This document shows, piece after piece, positions 21,492 through 32,139 of a stretch of DNA of 64,000 bases. Source of the DNA: Carpediemonas membranifera BICM. Taxonomy: Eukaryota; Protista; Fornicata. A program made the translations under genes and the position numbers. The notes beneath the pieces are model-generated. The model made no database searches, was not told the DNA's origin, and was given only the letters and a program-made list of their open reading frames with translations. Positions within the stretch are counted from its first letter, which is position 1. Every line of letters begins with the position of its first letter. The stretch is from assembly GCA_019828565.1 (NCBI GenBank), contig JAHDYR010000020.1:1-64000 (forward strand), in the 5' to 3' direction.

Positions 21492-23850
21492 CACAAGGGC
21501 GTCAGGAACTACATAGACGACATCTTTGCTGGCGCGCCATCGCCCGAGGTACTCGTCATGCGCACCCAGCGCACGCTCGCTCTACTCAGTGACAAGAACA
21601 TCAGGCTGCGCGCCGAGAAGTGTCATTTTGGCTACCAGACTCTCGACTGTCTCGGCGAGATCGTCTCCGAACACGGTCGTCGCCCTCAGCCCTCACGCAT
21701 TGACACGATCAAGAGCCTCCCACGCCCGACGACCACGCACGAGGTACGTCAGATCCTCGGCCACATCAACTACGTGGCAGATTTTATCCCTGACTGCCAG
21801 CGCATCCTAGCGCCCATCAATGGCCTCCTCCGCAAGGACGCCAAGGTCGTGTGGACTTCAGCACACCAAGAGGCTATCGCGGCTGTTCTGACACAGCTCG
21901 CCTCTGAGGAGTCACTCGCCATACCAGACCTCTCCAAACCCTGGCGCCTCGAGACGGACGCTAGTCTCCTCGGCCTAGGCGGCATACTGCTACAACAGCA
22001 AACGCCCACAGACTGGAGAGTCGTCGCCTACTTCTCCAAGGCGTTCTCGGACGTTCAACAAAGATGGAGCACCTACGACCAGGAGATGTATGCTCTGATA
22101 TACTGTCTGACACGTCCTGACATGTACTCTCTTCCTGGGCCACCCCGATCTGACCGTGTTCACCGACCATAAGAATCTGATGGCACTCCACCGCATGGCC
22201 GCTCACAATCGGAAGCATCGCCGATGGCTACTGTCGTTCTTGGAGTTCAGACTCAAGATCCACCACGTCCCGGGCGAGTCCAACGTCACGGCCGACTTCT
22301 TAAGCCGTTTCCCTTTCCAGACCCGCCCCGCAGAGATCGCCGAGGTCACGGCTAACACGCTAGAGTCGAGAGTGCTCGCCTCTCAGAAGGAGCACGCTGA
22401 CGAGAGACCCTCCAAGCACACCATCGTCAACGGTGTCGTCAAGTATCACGGTCGCACATTCGTACCCGCCGACGCGCGTCGCGACGTCCTAGCCGAGGCC
22501 CACCGGCTGCACTTGGGCGTCAAGAAGACCGCTCAGGCCGTGCGTGACTTGGGTTACGACTGGCCACAGCTCGAACACACCGTATCCGACCTGATCAACG
22601 CCTGTTTGATCTGTCAGAAGACCCGTCTGGCGAACTTCATCAAGCTGAAGATGGGCGCGACCCCGAGCAGCACACCATTCGAACGCGTAGCCGTCGACAC
22701 GCTCGGCCCCATCTCAGAGGACTCGGCCGGCAACCGGTATGTCGTCGTGATTACTGACACATTCACGCACTTTACTGAGCTCGTGCCAGCCCCTCGAACA
22801 ATGCAGACGCGGCTGCCGCCGCTATCTGGGCGTCTATCTGCCGCCACGGCATCCCGGCCATCCTGCACACAGACGGAGGCCCGGAATACGCCAACCGTAT
22901 CATCACCGCTCTAACCGAGCGCTTATCGGTCACACACCACCGGACCACGCCTTTCCATCCGCAGTCGAACGGTCACGTCGAACGCGTCAATCGCGAAATC
23001 AAGCGCCACCTACGTACCCTAGCGCTGGCATTTAACTCCTTCGACGCATGGTCCACGACCCTACTGCCATATGTCGCGTGGATAATCAACAGCACGGTTC
23101 ACAGCGCGACGGGGTTCACCCCGTTCGAGCTACTCTACGGCACACACGCTGCCGACCGGCAGATACCCCAGCCAGACAACAACGCCGAGGACGAGACCCC
23201 GCTTACCTCTGTCGCCGAATACCTCACCGTCATGGACGCGCTCCTGGCCAAGCTCTGCCGCAAGGCTCACAAACGCCAGTCCAAGACTCGTGAGGGAGGC
23301 AGAGACGCAGTCGGTTCCAGTCAAGCCCGGTGATTACGTCTTGCGCAAGAACCACGCTGAAAGCAAGCTCCACGGCCACACCGGACCGTTCAAGGTCATT
23401 GAGGTCAACCCGTTCACGGCAGTCGTCGTACCGCTCCTCGCCAACGAACCGCGACGCACAGTCCACCTGTCCCACCTCATTCCGCTCAAGTCCGACCTCT
23501 CTGAGGGCGAGCTCGCCTACTTCGCCGCTACAGACCAAGAGGAATGGTACGTTGAACGGATCGTCAAGTCCAAGCCCGGCTTCCTGCGCGTCAAGTGGCT
23601 CGGTAGCTCCGAGCTGTCCTGGGAGCCCATCGACGCCGTCCGCCACACTCCCGCCGCCAAGAAGTTCTTAGCCGCTCACCCCGAGCTGCTCAGGGAGGGC
23701 GACGTGACGTTCTCCGCGTCCGTCAGGGGCTGGATATCGACACCCTCGTCCACCGTTAGGCGATTGGTGCACTCGAGTCTCGACTTTGTGCCATTTCTGC
23801 CCCACCGCCAGGTCGTGTTGACTGTGACAGACTCCACAGGGACGAGATGA
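21492..23850 (+). pseudogene. pol: Ty3/Gypsy element 2 pol, 5'-truncated: partial RT, RNase H, integrase, chromodomain
   Basis: Begins at HKGVRNYIDD; ETDAS, TDH, VDTLGP, HTDGG, HPQSNG, WYVERIV...VKWLG...SWEP; frameshifts near 22150, 22800 and 23290. Confidence 0.93.
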
Positions 23851-24461
23851 CCCAAGAAAGCAACCTCTGGTCTAGTCAGCGCTGCAACCAGGCCGTTGAT
23901 CTTGGTGATATTGACCTGCAACTGCTTCACGAAGATATCAGCAGCCTTGCTGGAGATGATTGGCATATGAAGTCGCGCAGAAAGACTACGGATGAGCTTA
24001 AAGAGCTCATGGGTTGCGTTACAACCCGACTTGATGTACATCAGGATAGAAACAAGCTCCAAAATCTGCTTGTAGTTGTCAGTTTCCTCAGTTGAGACCT
24101 CGTGCTGTCTCCGCAAGCGTTCGTGGGTGACAGCAATACGCGCGTGGTCACGTACGAAGACATCGAAGGTCGGGGCGACTCCTCTATGGGAACGTACTGC
24201 ACGCAAGAAGGGTCGAGAGTCGTGCGGGTCGGCGAAAAATCTCGGATCGACCTCCATGTCCGCAAATAGGCCCTGGTTAGCCATTTCCAAGATGAGTTCA
24301 CGGAATTCTCGGCGCTGGCGGCCTCGATCCTGTGTATTTCCGCCAATACCAACAAGGGAGAGGTATGTATGAGCGAGAATGTAGTTCATACGCTCTGCAG
24401 TCCTTGGAGGGCCAGTATTGTCGTAGACAGTGCCAATGAAGGTCTGTATGACAATGTGCAT
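23676..24461 (-). CDS. Antisense accessory ORF of element 2 (261 aa, unknown function)
   Basis: Uninterrupted ATG-initiated ORF convergent with pol; GTGAAA repeats just upstream (24487-24510). Confidence 0.65.
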   Translation of the reverse strand: MHIVIQTFIGTVYDNTGPPRTAERMNYILAHTYLSLVGIGGNTQDRGRQRREFRELILEMANQGLFADMEVDPRFFADPHDSRPFLRAVRSHRGVAPTFDVFVRDHARIAVTHERLRRQHEVSTEETDNYKQILELVSILMYIKSGCNATHELFKLIRSLSARLHMPIISSKAADIFVKQLQVNITKINGLVAALTRPEVAFLGHLVPVESVTVNTTWRWGRNGTKSRLECTNRLTVDEGVDIQPLTDAENVTSPSLSSSG

Positions 24462-24976
24462 GCTCAGGAATTTTTGCTGAAGTCACTTTCACATTTCACA
24501 AGTTTCACAAGAGTTTGTGAAAGATTTTTGGTTTGGGGCTTCCGCTGCTCTGTTTCCTCCAAAAAGTTGTGAGCAGCAACTACACTGAGTTTTATACGTA
24601 TTCTATGCTTCTCATACCCATTGATGCGTTATTGCGCAATTCTGCTTTGCCCTCAAAGGAAAAGTGAATTTGAATTTCCCCCTGAATCTTGCAAGATACT
24701 GCGGAAGTAACGGTAAGAAAAATGAAACTCGCCAACGAAAGCAGCTGGAAGAAAATGGTAAAAAGTATTGGAACTAGGACAATATGGTGTACACTCTGAG
24801 CAACTTCATTTCTTTCTGGCGTTCACCTGTGTCACGAGCTCTTTGGGCACTGTTTCGGGCGTTAGGACAAACCAAGGGTTCCATGATCCTTTGTTGATCT
24901 AGTTACACCTCTGTTGTTAGCACAATCTTCCAAGACCATCTCATCGTTGATAAAATTTTGCAGATTTTTCGAATGC

Positions 24977-25082
24977 GAGAAAATGAAGACTTCCCCACAG
25001 AACCTGAGTATGTACGGATAGTACTTGACCCCCATGGATTATCCCCCATGTTTGGTTTTTGTGGGGAAGTCTTCATTTTCTC
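24977..25082. repeat. Hairpin with perfect 23 bp arms
   Basis: gagaaaatgaagacttccccaca (24977-24999) / tgtggggaagtcttcattttctc (25060-25082). Confidence 0.92.
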
Positions 25083-25359
25083 AATCTCTTGATTCAATCA
25101 TTAATTCATACGGAAGTAGAAGATACTGGAGGCTGAAAACTTCAGAGGGCATTGCTATTAGCTATAAAACACCGCTGTTAAGATCCCATGTTCGAACGAG
25201 CACTTCACATTTACAACATAAAATGCGTTATCCTCTTTTATCAACACTGACACCATGTGATACTTCAAGACGCCAGACATGTCTTTTATGCTTCTATAAC
25301 TACCTTCTAGATGTTCTGGAGGTGCCTGAGATCGCCTGGATCGCGAGGTTTGACCAGCG

Positions 25360-28131
25360 TTGACACATGAGTATCTCCAGAGTATCTCCCGGGAGACTCT
25401 AGCCATTCTTACAGTATGGGCTCCAGCCAAGACGGAGTGGCTGCACGATCATGTCTCAGACTTACGCGACAAGGGCATCACCGAGGCCAACACCGGCCCA
25501 TATGCCAGTCCAGTAGTCCTCGTGCGAAAGGGGGACGCTTGGCGGCTTTGCATCAACTATGTCCTACTCAACAGCCACACCACCCGTCATCGACACCCCC
25601 TCCCCAACATGCGCGAGTTCCTTCGCCGAGCAAGTGGGTGCGACCGATTTGCCGCCCTGGACCTGACCTCAGGCTATTGGCAGGTGCCTATGGCTGACGA
25701 GGACAAGGAGAAGACCGCGTTCATCGCCCCTGGCGTGCATGAACAGTTCACCAGGATGCCTTTTGGGCTTGCCAATGCCCCGTCGCATTTCCAGCGAGGT
25801 ATCGAGACTATCCTTGGGCCCATCCTCCATAAGGGGGTTGACCCGTACATCGATGACCTCTTCATGTACTCCTCCGAGGAACTTTTCCTCAAGCTTCTCG
25901 ATGACACCCTCACTCGCCTGGAAGAAGCCAACGTCCGCCTAGGCGCAAAGAAGTGCCGAATAGGCTATTCCGAGGCCCCCATAGTTGGTTTCATTGTCGA
26001 CAAGGCTGGAGTTCACGTAGACCCTGAGCGCACCCGCGCCCTACGAGAGCTTCCCCTCCCCACTGATGTCCACGGGCTCAGGACCGTGCTCGGCAAGTTC
26101 CAGTTCTTAGCCTCATTCATCTCAGAGAAACGCCATGAGCTGTTCAAGCCCCTTACCGCTCTCCTAGAGAAGGACGCCGTCTTCAGCTTCGGCCCAGCCG
26201 AGACTGAGGCTTTCAACACCCTTAAGTCCCTCTTCACCGATGACCTCTTCATCGCTCACCCAGACTTGTCCCTTCCTTGGACCCTCGAGACCGACGCTTC
26301 CAATGTCGGAGCCGGAGGTGTACTCTACCAGACTCCCAACGACAACTCGGGCAGACAAGTGCTGGCCTATTTCTCTCATACGTTCACCCCCACCCAGACC
26401 AGATGGGCTACCTGCGAACAGGAACTTTTCGCCATCGTATACGCCTTCACGCACCCCTCCCTCACCCACCTTCTGCGCGTGAAGCATGTAACCCTCAGAA
26501 CAGACCACCGTAATCTGATCTACATGATCTACAAGTCCGCGACGAACGACAAGATCCTCCGCTGGCGTCTGACGCTAGCCGACTTCAACTTTGAAATCAC
26601 ACACGTTCCCGGGAAGGATAACGTCATAGCTGATTCGCTCAGCCGGTATGGCCACGGCCAGACTACAGCCCAACCCGTCGCCGCCATATCTGTCGATGCC
26701 CGGTTCAAGGACAGACTGGCACACTTCCAAGGAGAGGACCCGGAGATCAGCAAGCTGCCGGTAGACGCTGATGGTCTCCGACGCCGGAACGGAGCCTGCA
26801 TGATCCCGACCTGTGATCAAACGAAGGGCTTACGCCAAGAGCTTATTGCCATCGCTCACCGTGGCCACCACGGAGCTAGAGCCACGTACACCCGCCTCCG
26901 CGATGACGGCTACACCTGGGTCAGCGCGACTCAAGAGATCGCCGCCTACGTCCACTCCTGTCCGATCTGTCTCAAGGCTAGACTCTCTGAGTTCGCTCAG
27001 TCAAGCCTAGGGACCACGGCCGTGTATAAGCCTTTCCACACGGTCGCCATTGACACCATAGGCCCCATCCCCGCAGACATGTTCGGCCGCAAGTACATCT
27101 TCGTCCTTGTTGATATGTTCACCAGGTACACGGAGTTATATGCCAGCGATGAGAACACTGCCGATGCCGCTGCCTCTGCCATCTGGCAACAACTTGTCTG
27201 CCGTCATGGCATCCCTGCCGCCATTAAGGCTGACAACGGGCCGGAGTACACTGGTGCCGTGATCAAGGCCCTCCTGTCTGATGCCGAGATCACCGAACAA
27301 CACACTCTCCCGTATCATCCCCAGTCCAACGGCGTTGTTGAACGCCGTAACGCCGAAGTGATGAAGCACCTCCGCTGCCTCACGCTCAACTTTAACAAGT
27401 TTGACGAGTGGAGCAGGCTTCTCCCTGCCGTTCAGCTTTTGCTGAACACTTCTATCTGCTCTGCCACAGGCCTCACCCCCCACAGCATGCTTTACGGCGA
27501 GCATTTGGACCCGTCCGCCACTAGAGCCCGGCTACTCGCCCCGACTGACCCTACAGCTTCCGAGACAATCCTATCCTCCCATCGTGAATACCTAGACAAC
27601 CTCACTAACCACCTGAAGTCCCTTTCCAAGAAGGGGGAGGAGACGCAACGTAAGGTTGTCGAGAAGCGCCTTGCCAAAGGAAAGACCGCAGAGACCGAGC
27701 TCAAGCCAGGTGACCTAGTCCTCGTACAGCGCAACAGGACCCCCAAGTTGCACGGTCACCTGGGACCCTACAAGATCCTCGAGATCCTCGACCACAAGGC
27801 CGTCGTTATCGCCGACATCATCACGAACACCACCACAACCGTCCACCGGGATCACCTGCTCCCGTTCCACGTGAACTACCACTTCAACAAGCTCCGCCAG
27901 CTAGCTTCCTCAGACGAGGAGACTTTTATCGTTGAGAAGATCCTCAAGCACCGCGTCAAGGACGACATCCTCGAACTGAAGGTGAAGTGGGAAGGCTACG
28001 ACGAACCCACCTATGAGCCGGCGACTGCACTCTCCGGAGTCTCGCTCGCTCGTGCTTACCTTAGAGCCAATAAGCTTCGGCTTAGGGGGGCAAGATGTCA
28101 CAGCATCTCCCTCACTCCCAGTGCACTTTAA
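25360..28131 (+). CDS. pol: Ty3/Gypsy element 3 pol: RT, RNase H, integrase, chromodomain (no gag or protease upstream)
   Basis: LDLTSGYWQ, MPFGL, YIDD, ETDAS, IDTIG, ADNG, VERRN, FIVEKILKH...VKWEGY; recognisable homology begins near 25424. Confidence 0.95.
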   Translation: MTHEYLQSISRETLAILTVWAPAKTEWLHDHVSDLRDKGITEANTGPYASPVVLVRKGDAWRLCINYVLLNSHTTRHRHPLPNMREFLRRASGCDRFAALDLTSGYWQVPMADEDKEKTAFIAPGVHEQFTRMPFGLANAPSHFQRGIETILGPILHKGVDPYIDDLFMYSSEELFLKLLDDTLTRLEEANVRLGAKKCRIGYSEAPIVGFIVDKAGVHVDPERTRALRELPLPTDVHGLRTVLGKFQFLASFISEKRHELFKPLTALLEKDAVFSFGPAETEAFNTLKSLFTDDLFIAHPDLSLPWTLETDASNVGAGGVLYQTPNDNSGRQVLAYFSHTFTPTQTRWATCEQELFAIVYAFTHPSLTHLLRVKHVTLRTDHRNLIYMIYKSATNDKILRWRLTLADFNFEITHVPGKDNVIADSLSRYGHGQTTAQPVAAISVDARFKDRLAHFQGEDPEISKLPVDADGLRRRNGACMIPTCDQTKGLRQELIAIAHRGHHGARATYTRLRDDGYTWVSATQEIAAYVHSCPICLKARLSEFAQSSLGTTAVYKPFHTVAIDTIGPIPADMFGRKYIFVLVDMFTRYTELYASDENTADAAASAIWQQLVCRHGIPAAIKADNGPEYTGAVIKALLSDAEITEQHTLPYHPQSNGVVERRNAEVMKHLRCLTLNFNKFDEWSRLLPAVQLLLNTSICSATGLTPHSMLYGEHLDPSATRARLLAPTDPTASETILSSHREYLDNLTNHLKSLSKKGEETQRKVVEKRLAKGKTAETELKPGDLVLVQRNRTPKLHGHLGPYKILEILDHKAVVIADIITNTTTTVHRDHLLPFHVNYHFNKLRQLASSDEETFIVEKILKHRVKDDILELKVKWEGYDEPTYEPATALSGVSLARAYLRANKLRLRGARCHSISLTPSAL

Positions 28132-28171
28132 GGTAAATGGATTTCCCCGTTTTCTGCTGCCATCCGGCACA
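28096..28171 (+). repeat. Putative 76 bp 3' LTR of element 3
   Basis: PPT-like aggggggcaaga (28084-28095), TGT...ACA termini, internal GTAAAT; abuts the broken minus-strand gag at 28172. No 5' partner found. Confidence 0.6.
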
Positions 28172-28320
28172 CCTTGAGGGAGGACGGCTTGACGAACTGG
28201 CTCTCGAGCTCGATCCTTTCGTAGAGCGACTTCGGCTTGATCTTCTCCAGAAAGATCTTCCTTGCCGTCTTGTCGAAGGCGGCTGCTCGCTTCGCTGCGA
28301 CGTCGGCGGCAGTGAGGAGT

Positions 28321-31300
28321 TGTCAGTGCCTCAGTTATTATTATTGCTATTTATAACTACGGGCACACTCACCCCTGCTTCGCAGGTTATGTGTAAATAC
28401 TGTTGTCGCCACAGAATCGATTCTAGTACAGACTCATGTTTGCCAAAACCCAAATGACAATTCCAGAGCTCGACGCTATTAACCTCGACCGCGAGAGCGT
28501 CCGCTCCTTCAAGAGGCAAGTCCAACACCTCAAGGTGTTCGCACCTGACGCGAAAGCCTCCCTTTTCCTCACCGACGCCTTGTCGGATCTCATTCAGCGA
28601 CAGTTCGACCTCAACGCTGAAACCATCACCGAAGAGGAGCTCTTCAAGCACCTCGACAAGCTCTTCGGCCCTCAGACATCCCGCCAATGGCTCGCCGAGC
28701 TGAGCAAGGTCCGCTGTGAATCCACTATCACCGACCTCAACACCCGCACCGTCCTTGTGCGCAAGTACATCAACGCATTCCAGGACATCTTCCAGCTCTA
28801 CACAAAGGGCACATTCTCCGAAGAGGAGAACCTCTCCCGCGACGACGATACCGTCATCGAAAAAGCCACCAAGCTGTGCCTCTCCCATCTGGCACCTGAC
28901 GCTTTCCAACGTGTCGTCCGCACGGAGTATGACCTCCGAAAGCCAACCAAGCTCGAGGACGTGTACAAACTCATCACCGAGGCCGCCCGGGTTGAAGACC
29001 AGCTTCGCCTGGACATGACGCGCTACGGCTACGATCTAGTGCGCACCAAGAAGGCCAGAACCAAGGCCAACAGCGACCCCGACACTGACGAATCCTCCAG
29101 CACCAAGCAGGCCCTCCCCATCAAGGCCAAGGAAGCGGCTCCCACCTCCAAGCCGCGTCCGAACGACATCCATCCGACCAACAGGCCCCCGAAGACCCCT
29201 TGCCCCATCTGCCAGGGCAATCACTGGCGGAACGAGTGTCCCCGTTCAGAGAAGACACGCTCCAGGGAGTCGGGCGGCGGCCTCAGAGCCAAATCTGAGC
29301 TCAAGGCCAAGACCCCGTTCGAGGCCATGATCCTTGACGATGCCGAGATCGACACCGAGGACGACGTGCTCAAGACTACGGGCCATATAAATGGCCAAGA
29401 GTACGTGTTCCACATTGATTCATGCGCCAGACGTTCAGGAGTTTCGGAGGGACTAGCAAAGGATCTCGCCCTACCCCATTCAACGGGCCCTACGCGGCAT
29501 TATTTACTGGCAGACCAGTCAGTGGCCACCGCTAATGGCCGGACCTCCGCGGACCTCCGAGTGGCCCTAGCTGGCCACGAGACCCGCTTCACTGCCAACC
29601 TCGACATCATACCAGGGAAAAAACCCCTGATCCTCATAGGCTGCGATATTCTGAGAAGCCTCGGATGCCTCACTTCCGATGGCCTTTTTGTTAAGCTCGT
29701 GAAAGAAACCGCAGCAGACGAAGGGGACGATATTCCTTTCAGACCAGCAGAAGAATTACTGCTGGCCGACAACGTACAGCCCAACATTGAGATCGAGGAG
29801 CTTAAGCAACCGATCACAGCGATATTGGAGCAGCACCCTCACGTTTTTGACGGCCTGGCGCCGGGAGGAGCCAAGGTGCCCGCCATGCGCATCCCGCTAG
29901 TGGACGAACAGCACCTCGTGCAAGCCAAGCCCCGCCGCCTCAATCCCAGACGCCGTGAGCAAGTCAGAGAAGAGCTGCAGCGCCTGCGATCGGCAGGTAT
30001 CACACGGGCCTCACAGGGACCGTTTGCCTCTCCCATTGTCGTCGTAGACAAGGCATCCGGCGCCATCAGACTGTGTATTGACTATACAGCTCTCAATAGG
30101 ATCACAGTCAAGGACCACTTCCCCCTCCCCGACTTGAAGTCGTTTGTACGGGAAGCATCCGGCTCACGCTTCTTCGCGGCGCTGGACCTCACGTCCGGGT
30201 ATCATCAAGTCCCAGTCCACCCGGACGACGTGCGCAAGACGGCTATGATCACCCCAGACGCGTATGACGAGTTCGTGCGGGTGCCATTCGGCCTAGCAAA
30301 TGCGCCGTCTCACTTCCAAAGAGTCATGCAAGGAGTCCTCGCACCCGTGCTTCACAAGGGTGTTATGGTCTACATTGATGACATCCTCATCCACGCAAAG
30401 ACACAGGAGGAATTCCTCCAGACGCTAGAGCACACCTTAGTGCTACTCGATCGCCATGACTTGAGACTTAACCTCGCGAAGTGCAAGTTCGCCTCCCGTA
30501 AGGTCAAGGTCGTCGGCTTCGACATCTCGGAGCAAGGTCGCAGCGTGGACCCCGAGAGAGCCAAGGCCCTCAACGACATCACATCTCCCACCTCTGTCAA
30601 GGACATGCGACGCATCGCTGGCATGTTCAATTACATCGCTGAGCACCTTCCGCGCGCACAGGAGCTTCTTGGCCCGCTCTATGACGCAATCAAGGCCGAG
30701 GAGTGGGGTGATCCACAAGAACAGGCCCTCCAGAGCCTCAAGGAGGCAACAGCGGAGGCCATCACCCTCACCCAGCCGGACCCGGGTCTACCCTGGCATC
30801 TCTATACAGACGCGTCCGACAACGCGGTCGGCGGTATTCTATACCAGATCGCTGCGGACGGCCAACATCAGCCCGTCACGTTATTCTCCAAGAGACTAAC
30901 TGATGTGCAACGCCGCTGGTGCACCTATGATAAGGAACTGTATGGTATCCTTAGTGCACTCACCAGATCAGACATGCAGCCCCTGTTCACCATGGCCACG
31001 GACCTACACGTCCACACGGACCATCGCAATATCGTCTACCCTCATGAAGCGCTCGGACTGCTCACCGAAGGTAATGCGCTGGAGGATCACCCTCCAGCAG
31101 TTCCCCGCGGAGATATCACATGTGGCAGGGGAGGACAACGCTGTAGCAGACGCTCTTAGTCGCTGCTGCTTCCTGACCACTGACGACATACCAGAAGACG
31201 CCCGCGCCATCCTCCGGACCCTTCATGGAGGACCCGCCGGCCACCCATCAGCCAGAATCATCCGCAGGCTGGCAACGCCAGCTCAACGCGAGACCATTGA

Positions 31301-32139
31301 CCCCTACATCGACGCCTTCGTTCGGACCTGTCCGGCTTGTCTGAAGACTCGACAGATCCAAGCGCGCCAGACCGCGTGGCATAGCACGCAGAGGGTAGAG
31401 CCGTTCGAGACAGTCCAGCTGGACACGATCGGGCCCCTGCCCGAATCCACTAGGGGCAATCGATATATCATCACCATCATTGACTCCTTTACCAAGTACG
31501 TCGACCTAGTTCCAGTCCGGGACACGTCGGCAGACTCAGCCGCACAGGCCCTACTCGCATTCGCTGGCCGCTTCGGCATTCCTCAGGAGATCCACACTGA
31601 TGGAGGATCCCAGTACCGCAACAAGCTTATGAAGAAGCTTACGAGTGAATTGACCCTCAAGCACCACATTGCTACAGCCTACCATCCACAGAGCTCAGGT
31701 ATAGTTGAGCGAGCGAATGGCACGGCCGTGCGCGTTCTACGCAAACTCATGATGGAAGCAGAGTCCAACGAATGGCAACGATGGCTTTATATGGCCCAAT
31801 TCCTCGTCAACTCCGCTCCACATCGCACTCTTGGGGGAATATCACCCCTCGAGGCCTTACTGGGCATCAGCCCTCGACACTTGAAGACCCCACGCAGCTA
31901 CACCGACCCCGAGCGCGCATCTACAGCTCTCTCCAGTCACATCGAGGCCCTCGGCCGCATCCGCGCACTGAGCAAGCATGCTGTGGAGGAGTACAACGCG
32001 GCTAAGCGCCGGGGAGATCACTTCAAGACCACCCACAGGTGGAAGCCGCACGAGTTCGCTTTTATCATCCCGAGCTTTTATAACTGAGGCACTGACACCC
32101 CTGCTTCGCAGGTTATGTGTAAATACTGTTGTCGCCACA
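28321..32139 (+). mobile_element. Ty3/Gypsy element 4 with 93 bp 5' LTR (28321-28413), partial 3' LTR (32077-32139) and 4 bp TSD GAGT
   Basis: TGT...ACA ends; gagt at 28317-28320 and 32140-32143; LTR 3' halves identical (cacccctgcttcgcaggttatgtgtaaatactgttgtcgccaca). Confidence 0.9.
28436..32087 (+). CDS. Gag-PR-RT-RH-IN polyprotein of element 4 (frameshift near 31040; integrase C-terminus deleted)
   Basis: CPICQGNHWRNEC knuckle, HIDSCA protease, YIDD, YTDAS, LDTIG/TDGG/VERAN; ORF runs into the 3' LTR remnant with no chromodomain or PPT. Confidence 0.93.

Noticed and set aside
24826-24900. Degenerate 5' LTR of element 3 (cctg-TGTCAC)
   Set aside because: Only 6 nt plus scattered matches to 28096-28171; not distinguishable from chance.
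19600-25320. Diversity-generating retroelement template/variable repeat pair
   Set aside because: Substitutions affect all four bases rather than adenines only, and the RTs are Ty3/Gypsy type.
28321-32097. 18 bp terminal inverted repeats suggesting a Ginger-like DNA transposon or DIRS structure
   Set aside because: No TSD at 32097; the true end is ACA at 32139 with TSD GAGT, and the inverted match is an intra-LTR hairpin.
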